Program-made: the position numbers and the translations under genes
The notes under the pieces: model-generated
What the model saw: the letters and a program-made list of their open reading frames with translations, nothing else
What the model was told of the DNA's origin: nothing
Database searches by the model: none
Shown: positions 48,007-56,089 of the stretch, piece by piece
Layout of the letters: each line of letters opens with the position of its first letter
Numbering within the stretch: the stretch's first letter is position 1
Assembly (NCBI GenBank): GCA_965277285.1
Contig: OZ255721.1
Span: 3,296,001-3,360,000, forward strand
DNA: 64,000 nt
DNA from: Abditibacteriaceae bacterium
GTDB lineage: Bacteria > Armatimonadota > Abditibacteriia > Abditibacteriales > Abditibacteriaceae
Direction of reading: 5' to 3'

Positions 48007-48921
48007 CTAAGGCTGAATCCAGACTGGCGTGCCCATTTTTGTGGCGGAATACAGTTCTTCGATTTCGCGGTCGGTCAGCGCGATACAACCCGCTGTCCAA
48101 TCATTGCGGCCTCGTTTTGCGGCTTGCTTTTGCGCGAAAGGGCTGCCTGTGCCGCCGTGAATGCCGACCCAACCGCCCAAGCGCGTGTCCCATAAAGGCG
48201 CGCCGCGCGAAGCCAGTCGACGATTGATCAATGTATATTCACGCCACGAAAGGACGCCGCTGTTAACGCCGCGCGCCGCGTCCGGCACGTCAGGATAACT
48301 CAAGCCGAGAAAAATGTGAAACGCGGAATTGGTCGAGTTGCGCGTGCAAATGCGGAAATGACCTTCGGGCGTGCGTCCATCATGCTCGCGGCTTTTGGCA
48401 CCCACAGGATTGGCGCCCAGCGCGACCTGATACGTTTTTACCAGTTGCCCGCCGTTCCACAACTCTAAGCGACGCTGCGCTTTCACGATGACGATGCGCG
48501 CATTAGGCAGCGGCAGCGGCAGTTTGGCTTCCCGCGCCAACACGGACAACGCCACGCCCGTTGTTGGCAGGGTCTTTGGCGTTGCTGCTGTCTTTGGCGT
48601 TGCTGGCTTTGGTGTTGCATCGGGCGAAGCCGTTGTGTCGGGCGAGGCCGTTGCTGTAACAGTTGGCGAAACTGATGGTGCAGCGGTTGGTTGCGCATCG
48701 GGCGAAGTGACAGTTGGTGTCGCTGGTGTGGCAATCGCCGTAGGATCACCGCTGGTCTGCGAGTTTTGAATGGTAATCGCAGGGGAAGCCGTGCTGCTTT
48801 GCGATGGAATTGGTGGAGTTTGCGTTTGCGCGGAAACGGCTGCCAAATGCGCTGCGGACAAGGCGCAACAGACGGCGAAAATCGAAAACGCGCGACGGCG
48901 CGGAAAGAATCGAGTACTCAT
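48007..48921 (-). CDS. L,D-transpeptidase (YkuD) family protein with Pro/Thr-rich linker
   Basis: Signal peptide; IVIVKAQRRL, DGRTPEG, LSYP, GIHG and WTAGCIAL. Confidence 0.85.
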   Translation of the reverse strand: MSTRFFPRRRAFSIFAVCCALSAAHLAAVSAQTQTPPIPSQSSTASPAITIQNSQTSGDPTAIATPATPTVTSPDAQPTAAPSVSPTVTATASPDTTASPDATPKPATPKTAATPKTLPTTGVALSVLAREAKLPLPLPNARIVIVKAQRRLELWNGGQLVKTYQVALGANPVGAKSREHDGRTPEGHFRICTRNSTNSAFHIFLGLSYPDVPDAARGVNSGVLSWREYTLINRRLASRGAPLWDTRLGGWVGIHGGTGSPFAQKQAAKRGRNDWTAGCIALTDREIEELYSATKMGTPVWIQP

Positions 48922-48941
48922 TGTGGACAAAAACTGGGAAA

Positions 48942-49211
48942 TTAGACTTTGGAAGGTTGAAGTTGAACTTCGTGTTGAGCGCGTTGGAGCGAGCGTCGTA
49001 ATCGTTCTTCGGTGATGCGCACAGCGAGACGATGGCGGCCATTGAACGTAACGACGGGAATGTGACATTTCCAGCGTTCGCGCAAGGCGGCATCGCTGGA
49101 AATGTCGATTTTTTGCAAAGTGAAAGCGAACTCGTTTTGCAAGGTGTGCAACAGCGTTTCGCATTTATCGCACAGGCAACAACCTGGCTTCCCGTAGAGA
49201 ACGACGTGCAT
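48942..49211 (-). CDS. Glutaredoxin-like (DUF836) protein
   Basis: LYGKPGCCLCD...KIDI...IPVV. Confidence 0.8.
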   Translation of the reverse strand: MHVVLYGKPGCCLCDKCETLLHTLQNEFAFTLQKIDISSDAALRERWKCHIPVVTFNGRHRLAVRITEERLRRSLQRAQHEVQLQPSKV

Positions 49212-49222
49212 GATTTTCGACT

Positions 49223-50095
49223 TTACTTCAAAACCGCGACGCGCTTGAGAACATCGTCCTGGCGCAACTGGAGAACGACGTTTTGGCCTTTGAGAACCTT
49301 GCCAAAAACGGTGTAGCCGACGCCGTCCTGCGCGTTTTCTTTATCCAGGAAAGGCGTCGCATCGAGTGTGAAATAAAACTGGCTGCCCGCGGAATCGGGG
49401 TCTTGAGTGCGCGCCATGGCCAGCACCATCGCGTTGTGCTTGAGTGCATTATATTCGCGCGGAATCGTGTAGCCAGGTCCGCCCGAACCCGCCATAGCAC
49501 GGAATGTGGCAGTTTTCGATAAAGGATCGCCGCCTTGAATGATGCGCGCCGGTTGTCCCGACCCCGCGCCCAAATCGGCGAAACGATGAAACGTGGTGCC
49601 GTTATAAAAATTCTTCTGCGCCAGGTACAGGAAACTTTTGACGTGCAGCGGCGCCGCTTTGCCGTTGAGTTCGACCGTGATGTCGCCTTTAGAAGTCGAG
49701 AAGAGAACGCGCGCTGTGTCCGGCACTTTCATCGAAGCGGGCGGCGGCGGAAGCGCCATTTTGTGGATCGCTGCCGCAATCGCCGCGGGATAACTCGCTT
49801 GTGCTTCATCGACGACCTGATACGTTTTCTTCGTGGAAGAATCGCTGGTTGAAGCAGCCGTATTGCTGGTGGTATCCGTCGCGTTGCTGGACGTATTGGT
49901 GGCCGCATTTGATGTCGCATCGTTGGAAGTGGCCGAGTTGGTTGCGACATTGGAAGTAGCCGTATTTGTGGCGGACGTGGTGGCATTAGTCGTCGAATTG
50001 GCGCTTGTGTCGGTGCCGTTTACGTTCGAGGCGCAACCAACCAGACACCAGGCCAAAGGTACCGCTAAAGGCAGTGAAAACAGAAATTTCTTCAT
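49223..50095 (-). CDS. Cyclophilin-type peptidyl-prolyl isomerase, lipoprotein
   Basis: Lipobox LVGC; FYNGTTFHR, IQGGDP, LAMAR...DSAGSQFY and YTVFGKV. Confidence 0.9.
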   Translation of the reverse strand: MKKFLFSLPLAVPLAWCLVGCASNVNGTDTSANSTTNATTSATNTATSNVATNSATSNDATSNAATNTSSNATDTTSNTAASTSDSSTKKTYQVVDEAQASYPAAIAAAIHKMALPPPPASMKVPDTARVLFSTSKGDITVELNGKAAPLHVKSFLYLAQKNFYNGTTFHRFADLGAGSGQPARIIQGGDPLSKTATFRAMAGSGGPGYTIPREYNALKHNAMVLAMARTQDPDSAGSQFYFTLDATPFLDKENAQDGVGYTVFGKVLKGQNVVLQLRQDDVLKRVAVLK

Positions 50096-50175
50096 AAGAG
50101 ATGAAACGTTCGAGTACTCGAATCAAGGACTCTAAAGGCGAAACAGGAAAGCGGGCAACGATGCGGTTGCGATAT

Positions 50176-50409
50176 TTACGCAGTTGCGGTCGCTTCTTCG
50201 TCGGTGATGGAGACTTCGATGGGTTTTTCGGGCGTAAGCGCTGCGACAGGCGCATTGCGGCGATAACGGTCGAGTCCGTAGCATTCGCGGCACATGATGT
50301 TGTTGAGCGCAAACGGCACATAGCGCAATTCGCGTCCGCACTGACCGCACTTGGCGCGCGTAACTTGAAAGGGTTCTTTAACGTTGGTTTTGTTGCTGGA
50401 AATGGCCAT
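50176..50409 (-). CDS. Small CxxC...CxxC zinc-finger-like protein
   Basis: AKCGQCG...VPF...MCRECY; ATG 50409 preceded by AAGGA. Confidence 0.6.
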   Translation of the reverse strand: MAISSNKTNVKEPFQVTRAKCGQCGRELRYVPFALNNIMCRECYGLDRYRRNAPVAALTPEKPIEVSITDEEATATA

Positions 50410-50711
50410 AAAAAATGTCCTTGAAAGATTGATCGGTACTTTATTTTCCGAATATCGTGACGCCATCGAAACGACGCGCAAAATTATTATAGCAGCCGAA
50501 CCGCACATTGCGCTCTCTCAAAGGTGAAACATGCCTTGTTCCCTCGACGTTTCTCGATGCAACAACAATCCCGCGTCACGACATTCCGTTATATAATTGT
50601 TCCTATTATCTATCGCGTTTTTGCGTCGCATCAGTTTTTAAAGCACGTTGAGGCGCAACGCACTTTTTGCGAAGAAGTTTTCGAGAAGCACAGGAAATAA
50701 ACGGAGTCACT

Positions 50712-52286
50712 ATGACCGAACCACAACTCGCGCGCCAACTCGTTCAGGCCGGATTGGTCACGCCGCAGCAAGTGCGCCACGTCGCCGAAACGCGCGATTC
50801 TCATATTGGCATTGCGCAGGCACTCGTCGATAGCGGCGCCGTGTCTGCCGAACAAATCATTCAAGTCGAACCCGGCGCTTTCGATATTTTGCCGCAAAAC
50901 GCCAACGCATCGGCGAATGGCACATCGCACAATACGTCGCCCACACAAAACGGTCATTCGACGGCGTTGCAAACCGTTGAAGCGCCCGATGCAGTACTCG
51001 ATACCGTGTCATCCAGCGTCGGTCTGGGAACGGGCGCGGCGCCGATTATGGATGACAGCGGCGTCGTTTTCGACAGCGAAGCGCGCAGCAACGACCTGGA
51101 CGACCCGATTATGGGCACGATTGTGACGTATTGCAACGAACTTTTGAAAATCGCGGTCGGCCTGCGCGCGTCCGATATGCACTTGGAGCCGCGCGAAAAC
51201 GGCGTTCTGCCGCGCTATCGCGTTGATGGACATTTGCGTTCGGGCGGCATTATCCCCAAGGAATTGCAGGCGCCGATTATTTCGCGTTTCAAGGTGCTGG
51301 GAAATCTCGACATCACGGAAAACCGCCTACCACAGGACGGGCGTTTTCGCGCCACCATCGGCGGCCACATCTTTGACTTTCGCGTCTCGAGTTTGCCGTC
51401 CATTCACGGCGAAAAAATCGTGATGCGTTTGCTCGACCGTTCGGCTCTGGTCACTGATTTGTCGAAGTTGGGTTTCGGCGGCAAATCGCGCGCGACCTTC
51501 ATGGAAATGCTGAGCCGCTCGCATGGCATCATCCTCGTCACTGGCCCAACTGGAAGCGGCAAAACCACGACCTTGTATGCGGCTCTGGCGGCTGCGCGCG
51601 ATGAAACGAAAAACGTTATCACGGTTGAAGATCCGGTCGAATACGAATTGGAAGGCGTCACGCAAACCGCCGTTCAAAGCGACATCGATTTGACTTTCGC
51701 GGTGCAATTGCGCGCGATTTTGCGCCAAGACCCGGACGTGATTTTGGTCGGCGAAATCCGCGACGGCGAAACCGCTGACATCGCTATTCGCGCCGCTCTC
51801 ACAGGTCACCTTGTTTTGAGTACTCTTCACACCAACTCGGCGGTCGGCGCCGTAACGCGCTTGCAGGATATGGGCGTCGCGCCGTTTCTGATCGCGTCCA
51901 GCATGGCGGGCGTTCTGGCGCAACGTTTGGCGCGCCTGATTTGTCGCGGCTGCAAAGAACCCGTCGACCAAAATAGCGCCGCATACAAGGACGCGATTGT
52001 GCGTTTGCGCTTGCCCGAAGGCACGCCGATGTTCAAAGGCGCCGGTTGCGACGCGTGCAGCGGAACAGGTTACAAAGGTCGCCTGGCGATTTTGGAATTG
52101 CTGACGGTGGACAGCGATTTTCGCCGCGCCGTAATGACGCGCGTCGATTCCGATTCGATGCGCCGCATCGCCGTCGCCAGCGGCATGAAAACGCTATGGG
52201 AAGACGGCATCGAGAAGATGAGCAACGGCCTGACCACATCGGATGAAATTGCGCGCGTCCTGCTCGGCTCGCAAGACGACGATTGA
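50712..52286 (+). CDS. GspE/PulE/PilB family secretion or pilus ATPase
   Basis: ASDMHLEP, RYRVDG, RLPQDGR, GPTGSGKTTT, TVEDPVE, LRQDPD, TGHLVLSTLHTN and a tetracysteine motif. Confidence 0.93.
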   Translation: MTEPQLARQLVQAGLVTPQQVRHVAETRDSHIGIAQALVDSGAVSAEQIIQVEPGAFDILPQNANASANGTSHNTSPTQNGHSTALQTVEAPDAVLDTVSSSVGLGTGAAPIMDDSGVVFDSEARSNDLDDPIMGTIVTYCNELLKIAVGLRASDMHLEPRENGVLPRYRVDGHLRSGGIIPKELQAPIISRFKVLGNLDITENRLPQDGRFRATIGGHIFDFRVSSLPSIHGEKIVMRLLDRSALVTDLSKLGFGGKSRATFMEMLSRSHGIILVTGPTGSGKTTTLYAALAAARDETKNVITVEDPVEYELEGVTQTAVQSDIDLTFAVQLRAILRQDPDVILVGEIRDGETADIAIRAALTGHLVLSTLHTNSAVGAVTRLQDMGVAPFLIASSMAGVLAQRLARLICRGCKEPVDQNSAAYKDAIVRLRLPEGTPMFKGAGCDACSGTGYKGRLAILELLTVDSDFRRAVMTRVDSDSMRRIAVASGMKTLWEDGIEKMSNGLTTSDEIARVLLGSQDDD

Positions 52287-52294
52287 AGTTGTTC

Positions 52295-52378
52295 TGTAGG
52301 GGCTTGGCGTGCCAAGCCTTCGTCGTAACATTGAAACGAGGATTTGGTGGCAAAGGCTTGGCACGCCAAGCCCCTACA
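52295..52378. repeat. GTAG-type REP doublet, family E
   Basis: tgtaggggcttggcgtgccaagcctt ... aaggcttggcacgccaagcccctaca. Confidence 0.8.
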
Positions 52379-52412
52379 ACGCATTCCGCACAATCGAGTA
52401 CTCGATAATCCC

Positions 52413-53105
52413 ATGTCCGAATTTCCAACGCGTTCGACGCGCGTTTATCGCTTGTTTTACCCATGGATGCGCAGTTTGCTGAGCCTTTTGTGGCGACTGC
52501 TCGCGCCGCGCTTGCGCATGACGGGGCAAAACAACATTCCGCGACGCGGCGGCGTTTTGCTGTGTCCCAATCACATTTCCGATGTCGATCCGACAATTGT
52601 GCAAAACGCCAGTCCGCGTTTGGCGTCGCGCAGTTTGTGGTTCATGGCCAAGCGCGAATTGTTCGGCATGACGGTGCCGCTGATTGGAAAACTCGGCCCG
52701 AAAATCGAGTTCTTGCAAACCTTTCCCGTTGACCCGCACGAACCCGACCGCGACGCCTTGAAGCACGCCGCCGAACTGCTCAAAGCTGGACAATGTCTGG
52801 TCGTTTTCCCCGAAGGTTTCTGCTCGCCCGATGGTGAAATGAACGAAATTCAGGCGGGCGCGGTGATGCTCGCTTTGCGCGGCAATGTGCCGATTGTTCC
52901 CGTCGGCTTGTGGAATACGACGGGCGTGATGCCTTATGGCAGCATCGTTTTACGCCCGACGTGGAAACGCGTCGCTATTCACTTTGGCAAGCCGCTTCGC
53001 TTCGATGATTTGAAAGACAAACCCAAACGCGAAGCCCGCGAAATCGCCACGCAGCGTTTGACAGAAGCGATGCGACAAGCGCGCGAAGTGGCGAAAAACG
53101 GTTGA
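52413..53105 (+). CDS. 1-acyl-sn-glycerol-3-phosphate acyltransferase (PlsC family)
   Basis: PNHISDVD (HX4D), FMAKREL and VFPEG. Confidence 0.88.
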   Translation: MSEFPTRSTRVYRLFYPWMRSLLSLLWRLLAPRLRMTGQNNIPRRGGVLLCPNHISDVDPTIVQNASPRLASRSLWFMAKRELFGMTVPLIGKLGPKIEFLQTFPVDPHEPDRDALKHAAELLKAGQCLVVFPEGFCSPDGEMNEIQAGAVMLALRGNVPIVPVGLWNTTGVMPYGSIVLRPTWKRVAIHFGKPLRFDDLKDKPKREAREIATQRLTEAMRQAREVAKNG

Positions 53106-53794
53106 CAAATCGAGTACTCGATCGCGGTTGGGTGCGATAGTTGGTTTTGTTGCTGATATTTAGCTCTGCCCCGGCATTCTAAACGGCATTTTTTGGTCGA
53201 TTGGGGCAAGCATTATGTCCTGAGCCATAGTGAGGTAGGTCAGGAATCGAGTTTTAGGCGAACTTGTGCCAGCAAAAGTGTCTTGCCGAACCCACTTATT
53301 TCGGTCGTAGTGGAGATTTACGATGTTTGTTGTGTTGAGCAAAGAAGTGCGCTTCCAGAAAGGCTTTGGATTTTGCAAGTACTTTGCTACATCAATCCGT
53401 GTGGGAAAGCCGAAAGCAATTCGATCATGCTCTTCGTCCCCATATGTCATCGTTCCAGCATAAACCCGCTCGCCGTTCTTCATTAACTCAGAAGAAATAG
53501 GAACGACCAAACGACCTTCCGGTGAATAATAACCAATTGCTACCGTATAACCTTTTGCGGAACGAAAAACGCGAACCACGCTCATCACGGTGAACTTGCG
53601 CAGCGTTTGCATCGTGTGTTTTGGAAGCGCAGAAATAACGCGAGGCGGCTCGGAGGTGCCGTGAAAGGGGTTAGCAGAAATCTCAAATGCAATAGCGTTG
53701 GGAGCGTACTCCTTCTCATAGCGAAACATTGTCTCTGCGCAGATTGTTCCGAATGGGCCTTTGGCAAGTTCCTGATTTTTGTATCGATTCCTAA

Positions 53795-54715
53795 GAGGGC
53801 GTATAGGAAAACCCAAAAGCAACGAAAAACGCTTGGAAGCGGCATTGTGTCATTCTGAGAGGGTGTATAGGAATCACGCAAGCCTTCGGAGCATAAGCCG
53901 GATCATGGCGAGATAAATCCAGGTTTCACTTGATTTGACATTTTGCTCATAGTCTTTTGAAAGCCTTCGACATCTTCCCAACCATGCAAAAGTTCTTTCG
54001 ACAACCCAGCGACGCGGCAACGGCACGTAGCCTTTGTTTTCATATTGACGGTTCACCAGGGCATTGCGGCTTATCACTCGGAGCGCAACGCCACAGTTTT
54101 CTCGCACCCAAGCCGCGAACTTGTGTCCCCAGTAGCCTGCATCCGCCCAAATCAACTGCAAACGTTGTGAAGGAAAGCGCCACAGGGCTTTGTCTTGCAA
54201 AAGTAATTTGGCTCCGTCACGCTCTTGAACGTTGGCAGCATGAACACACACTTGCAACAACAAGCCGTTGGTATCCACTAGAATATGACGCTTGCGCCCT
54301 TTTATTTTCTTGGCTGCATCAAAGCCTTTTGGCCCCCTTTTTCTGTGGTTTTGACGCTCTGGCTGTCCAGAATCGCTGCGCTGGGCGCCTCATCCCGTCC
54401 ATCGGCCTGGCGCACTTGAGAACGCAACGAACTGTGGATACCTTCGAGAGTGCCGTTGTCACGCCAGCGCCGGAAGTGATACCAAACCACAGTGTAAGGC
54501 GGAAAATCGTGAGGCAAAGCACGCCACGAGCAGCCGTTGGTCAACTGATACAACAAAGCGTTGACGATCTCGCGTTGGGCGTAAAGCCTGCGCGTACCGC
54601 GCGCACGCTGTGGCTCGATCAAAGGGCGCAGCACTTGCCATTGTGCCTCGCTCAAATCACTGGGATAGCTCTGGCGTTTCATAAATGTAAGTCTAACCCT
54701 TTCCTATACACCCTC
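53795..54715 (-). mobile_element. IS5-family insertion sequence (two-ORF, IS1031/IS427-like)
   Basis: TIRs GAGGGYGTATAGGAA at 53795-53809 and 54701-54715, an extra internal copy at 53859-53873, TNA flanks, and a transposase inside. Confidence 0.88.
53874..54682 (-). CDS. IS5-family transposase, orfA/orfB joined by a probable -1 frameshift
   Basis: Orf[11 protein letters not shown]...[12 protein letters not shown]...ILDSQSVK; OrfB KRHILVD...ADAGY...[12 protein letters not shown]...RRLSKDYE; slippery AAAAAGGGGG at 54333-54342 (minus strand). Confidence 0.88.
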
Positions 54716-55141
54716 TTAGAATATTGTCATTGGTGACATCAAAATAATTGTAGCGAACAAAGTAATTGTAGCCACCAGCAGAAGAAGGAGGTTTCCCATC
54801 AAGGTGCTCAACCGAGTAGAAACCTGGCCCTTCCGCATTTCCATAGGACGGTCTGAAGAACGGGCCTATATCTTTCTGCTCGTTCCAATCCGGTATAAAA
54901 TTGCTCAAATTCACCTTCAGTGAGCGAGGGTCAATAGTCATCGTCCGAGCGGATGTCTTGGGAGGCGGCTCCTGCGCACAACCGGAAGAGCCAGGACAAG
55001 CAAACAGGATTACTCCCAACGTCGAAACTCGTGTCCATCTGGGCGTAGAATATTGCATCATATTTACTATCTTACGAGTTTTAGCTACGCCATGCGTACC
55101 GCCAACTACATGCTATTGCCGCAAACTCACTTACCCTATGC

Positions 55142-56017
55142 TCACAACCTTTCTGCGGGATGCCGCAAGTCGCGCGTGTGGTTGAAAATGTGGCGCGCAG
55201 CGTCTTCGGGGTCGTTGGTCAGATAGAGCAAATCGAGGTCAATTGGCGAAATGGTGCCCATTGGCAGCATCGCGCTTTTGATCCAGTCGATCAAGCCTTT
55301 CCAGTACTCAATTCCCATCAACACGACCGGAAAGTTCTGGATTTTGCGCGTTTGCACCAGTGTTAAGGCCTCAAACAATTCGTCCATCGTGCCGAAGCCG
55401 CCGGGCATAATGACAAAGCCGGACGCGTATTTCACAAAGTTGGTTTTGCGGCAAAAGAAATAGTGAAAGTTGAGGCTTAAATCCAAATGCGGATTGGCAC
55501 TTTGCTCGAACGGCAATTCGATGTTTAAGCCGACCGAACGCCCGACGAAAGCGCCATTGAGTTTTTGTTTCTCTTCGATTGAAAGTTGTGGTTCGCTTTC
55601 GTGCGCGCCTCGGTTGGCCGCTTCCATCAAGCCCGGGCCGCCGCCTGTAATAATCGACCAACCACTTTGAACGAGCAAGCTGCTGACTTTTCGCGTTAAT
55701 TCGTAGTACGGATTTTCTTCGCCCAAGCGCGCCGAACCGAAAATAGCGATGGCGGGGCCGACTTTGCTCATACGCTCGAAGGACATGACGAACTCGGATT
55801 GAATGCGCAGAACGCGCCACGTATCGCTTTGCGTGAAAGGCAAATCTTCAGGGCACGCATTCAGCAGCGCGAAATCGTCGGTTTTGCGTGCCGCGACTTT
55901 TTCTTCGGCGACGCTGGCGACCGTATTGGTTCCTGGCACCACGCGTTGTTGGTTCTCGTTGGTAATGTTCTCGTTGGAAGTGACGGAAGAGGCTGAGTTT
56001 TCGTTGAGAGGATTCAT
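55142..56017 (-). CDS. LOG family (TIGR00730-type) nucleotide phosphoribohydrolase
   Basis: IFGSAR, TGGGPGLMEAANRGA, GLNIELPFEQ, YFFCRK and PGGFGTMDE. Confidence 0.92.
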   Translation of the reverse strand: MNPLNENSASSVTSNENITNENQQRVVPGTNTVASVAEEKVAARKTDDFALLNACPEDLPFTQSDTWRVLRIQSEFVMSFERMSKVGPAIAIFGSARLGEENPYYELTRKVSSLLVQSGWSIITGGGPGLMEAANRGAHESEPQLSIEEKQKLNGAFVGRSVGLNIELPFEQSANPHLDLSLNFHYFFCRKTNFVKYASGFVIMPGGFGTMDELFEALTLVQTRKIQNFPVVLMGIEYWKGLIDWIKSAMLPMGTISPIDLDLLYLTNDPEDAARHIFNHTRDLRHPAERL

Positions 56018-56089
56018 GGTAATTCCATTTTGGCGCGCGACGCCGCATTCGCCAAGTGCGCGCACGCCTCTATATCACGCCGCTATACT

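Larger units (their letters stand above)
53160..55061 (-). pseudogene. Hypothetical exported protein (about 325 aa) split by an IS5-family insertion
   Basis: Removing 53795-54715 plus one 3-bp flank joins ...DVTNDNI-L-RNRYKNQ... in frame. Confidence 0.7.

Noticed and set aside
50410..50711. ncRNA or tRNA in the larger intergenic gaps (also 46607-46857 and 60437-60672)
   Set aside because: No cloverleaf, riboswitch or other recognisable RNA structure seen; they look like promoter regions. An Rfam/tRNAscan search would settle it
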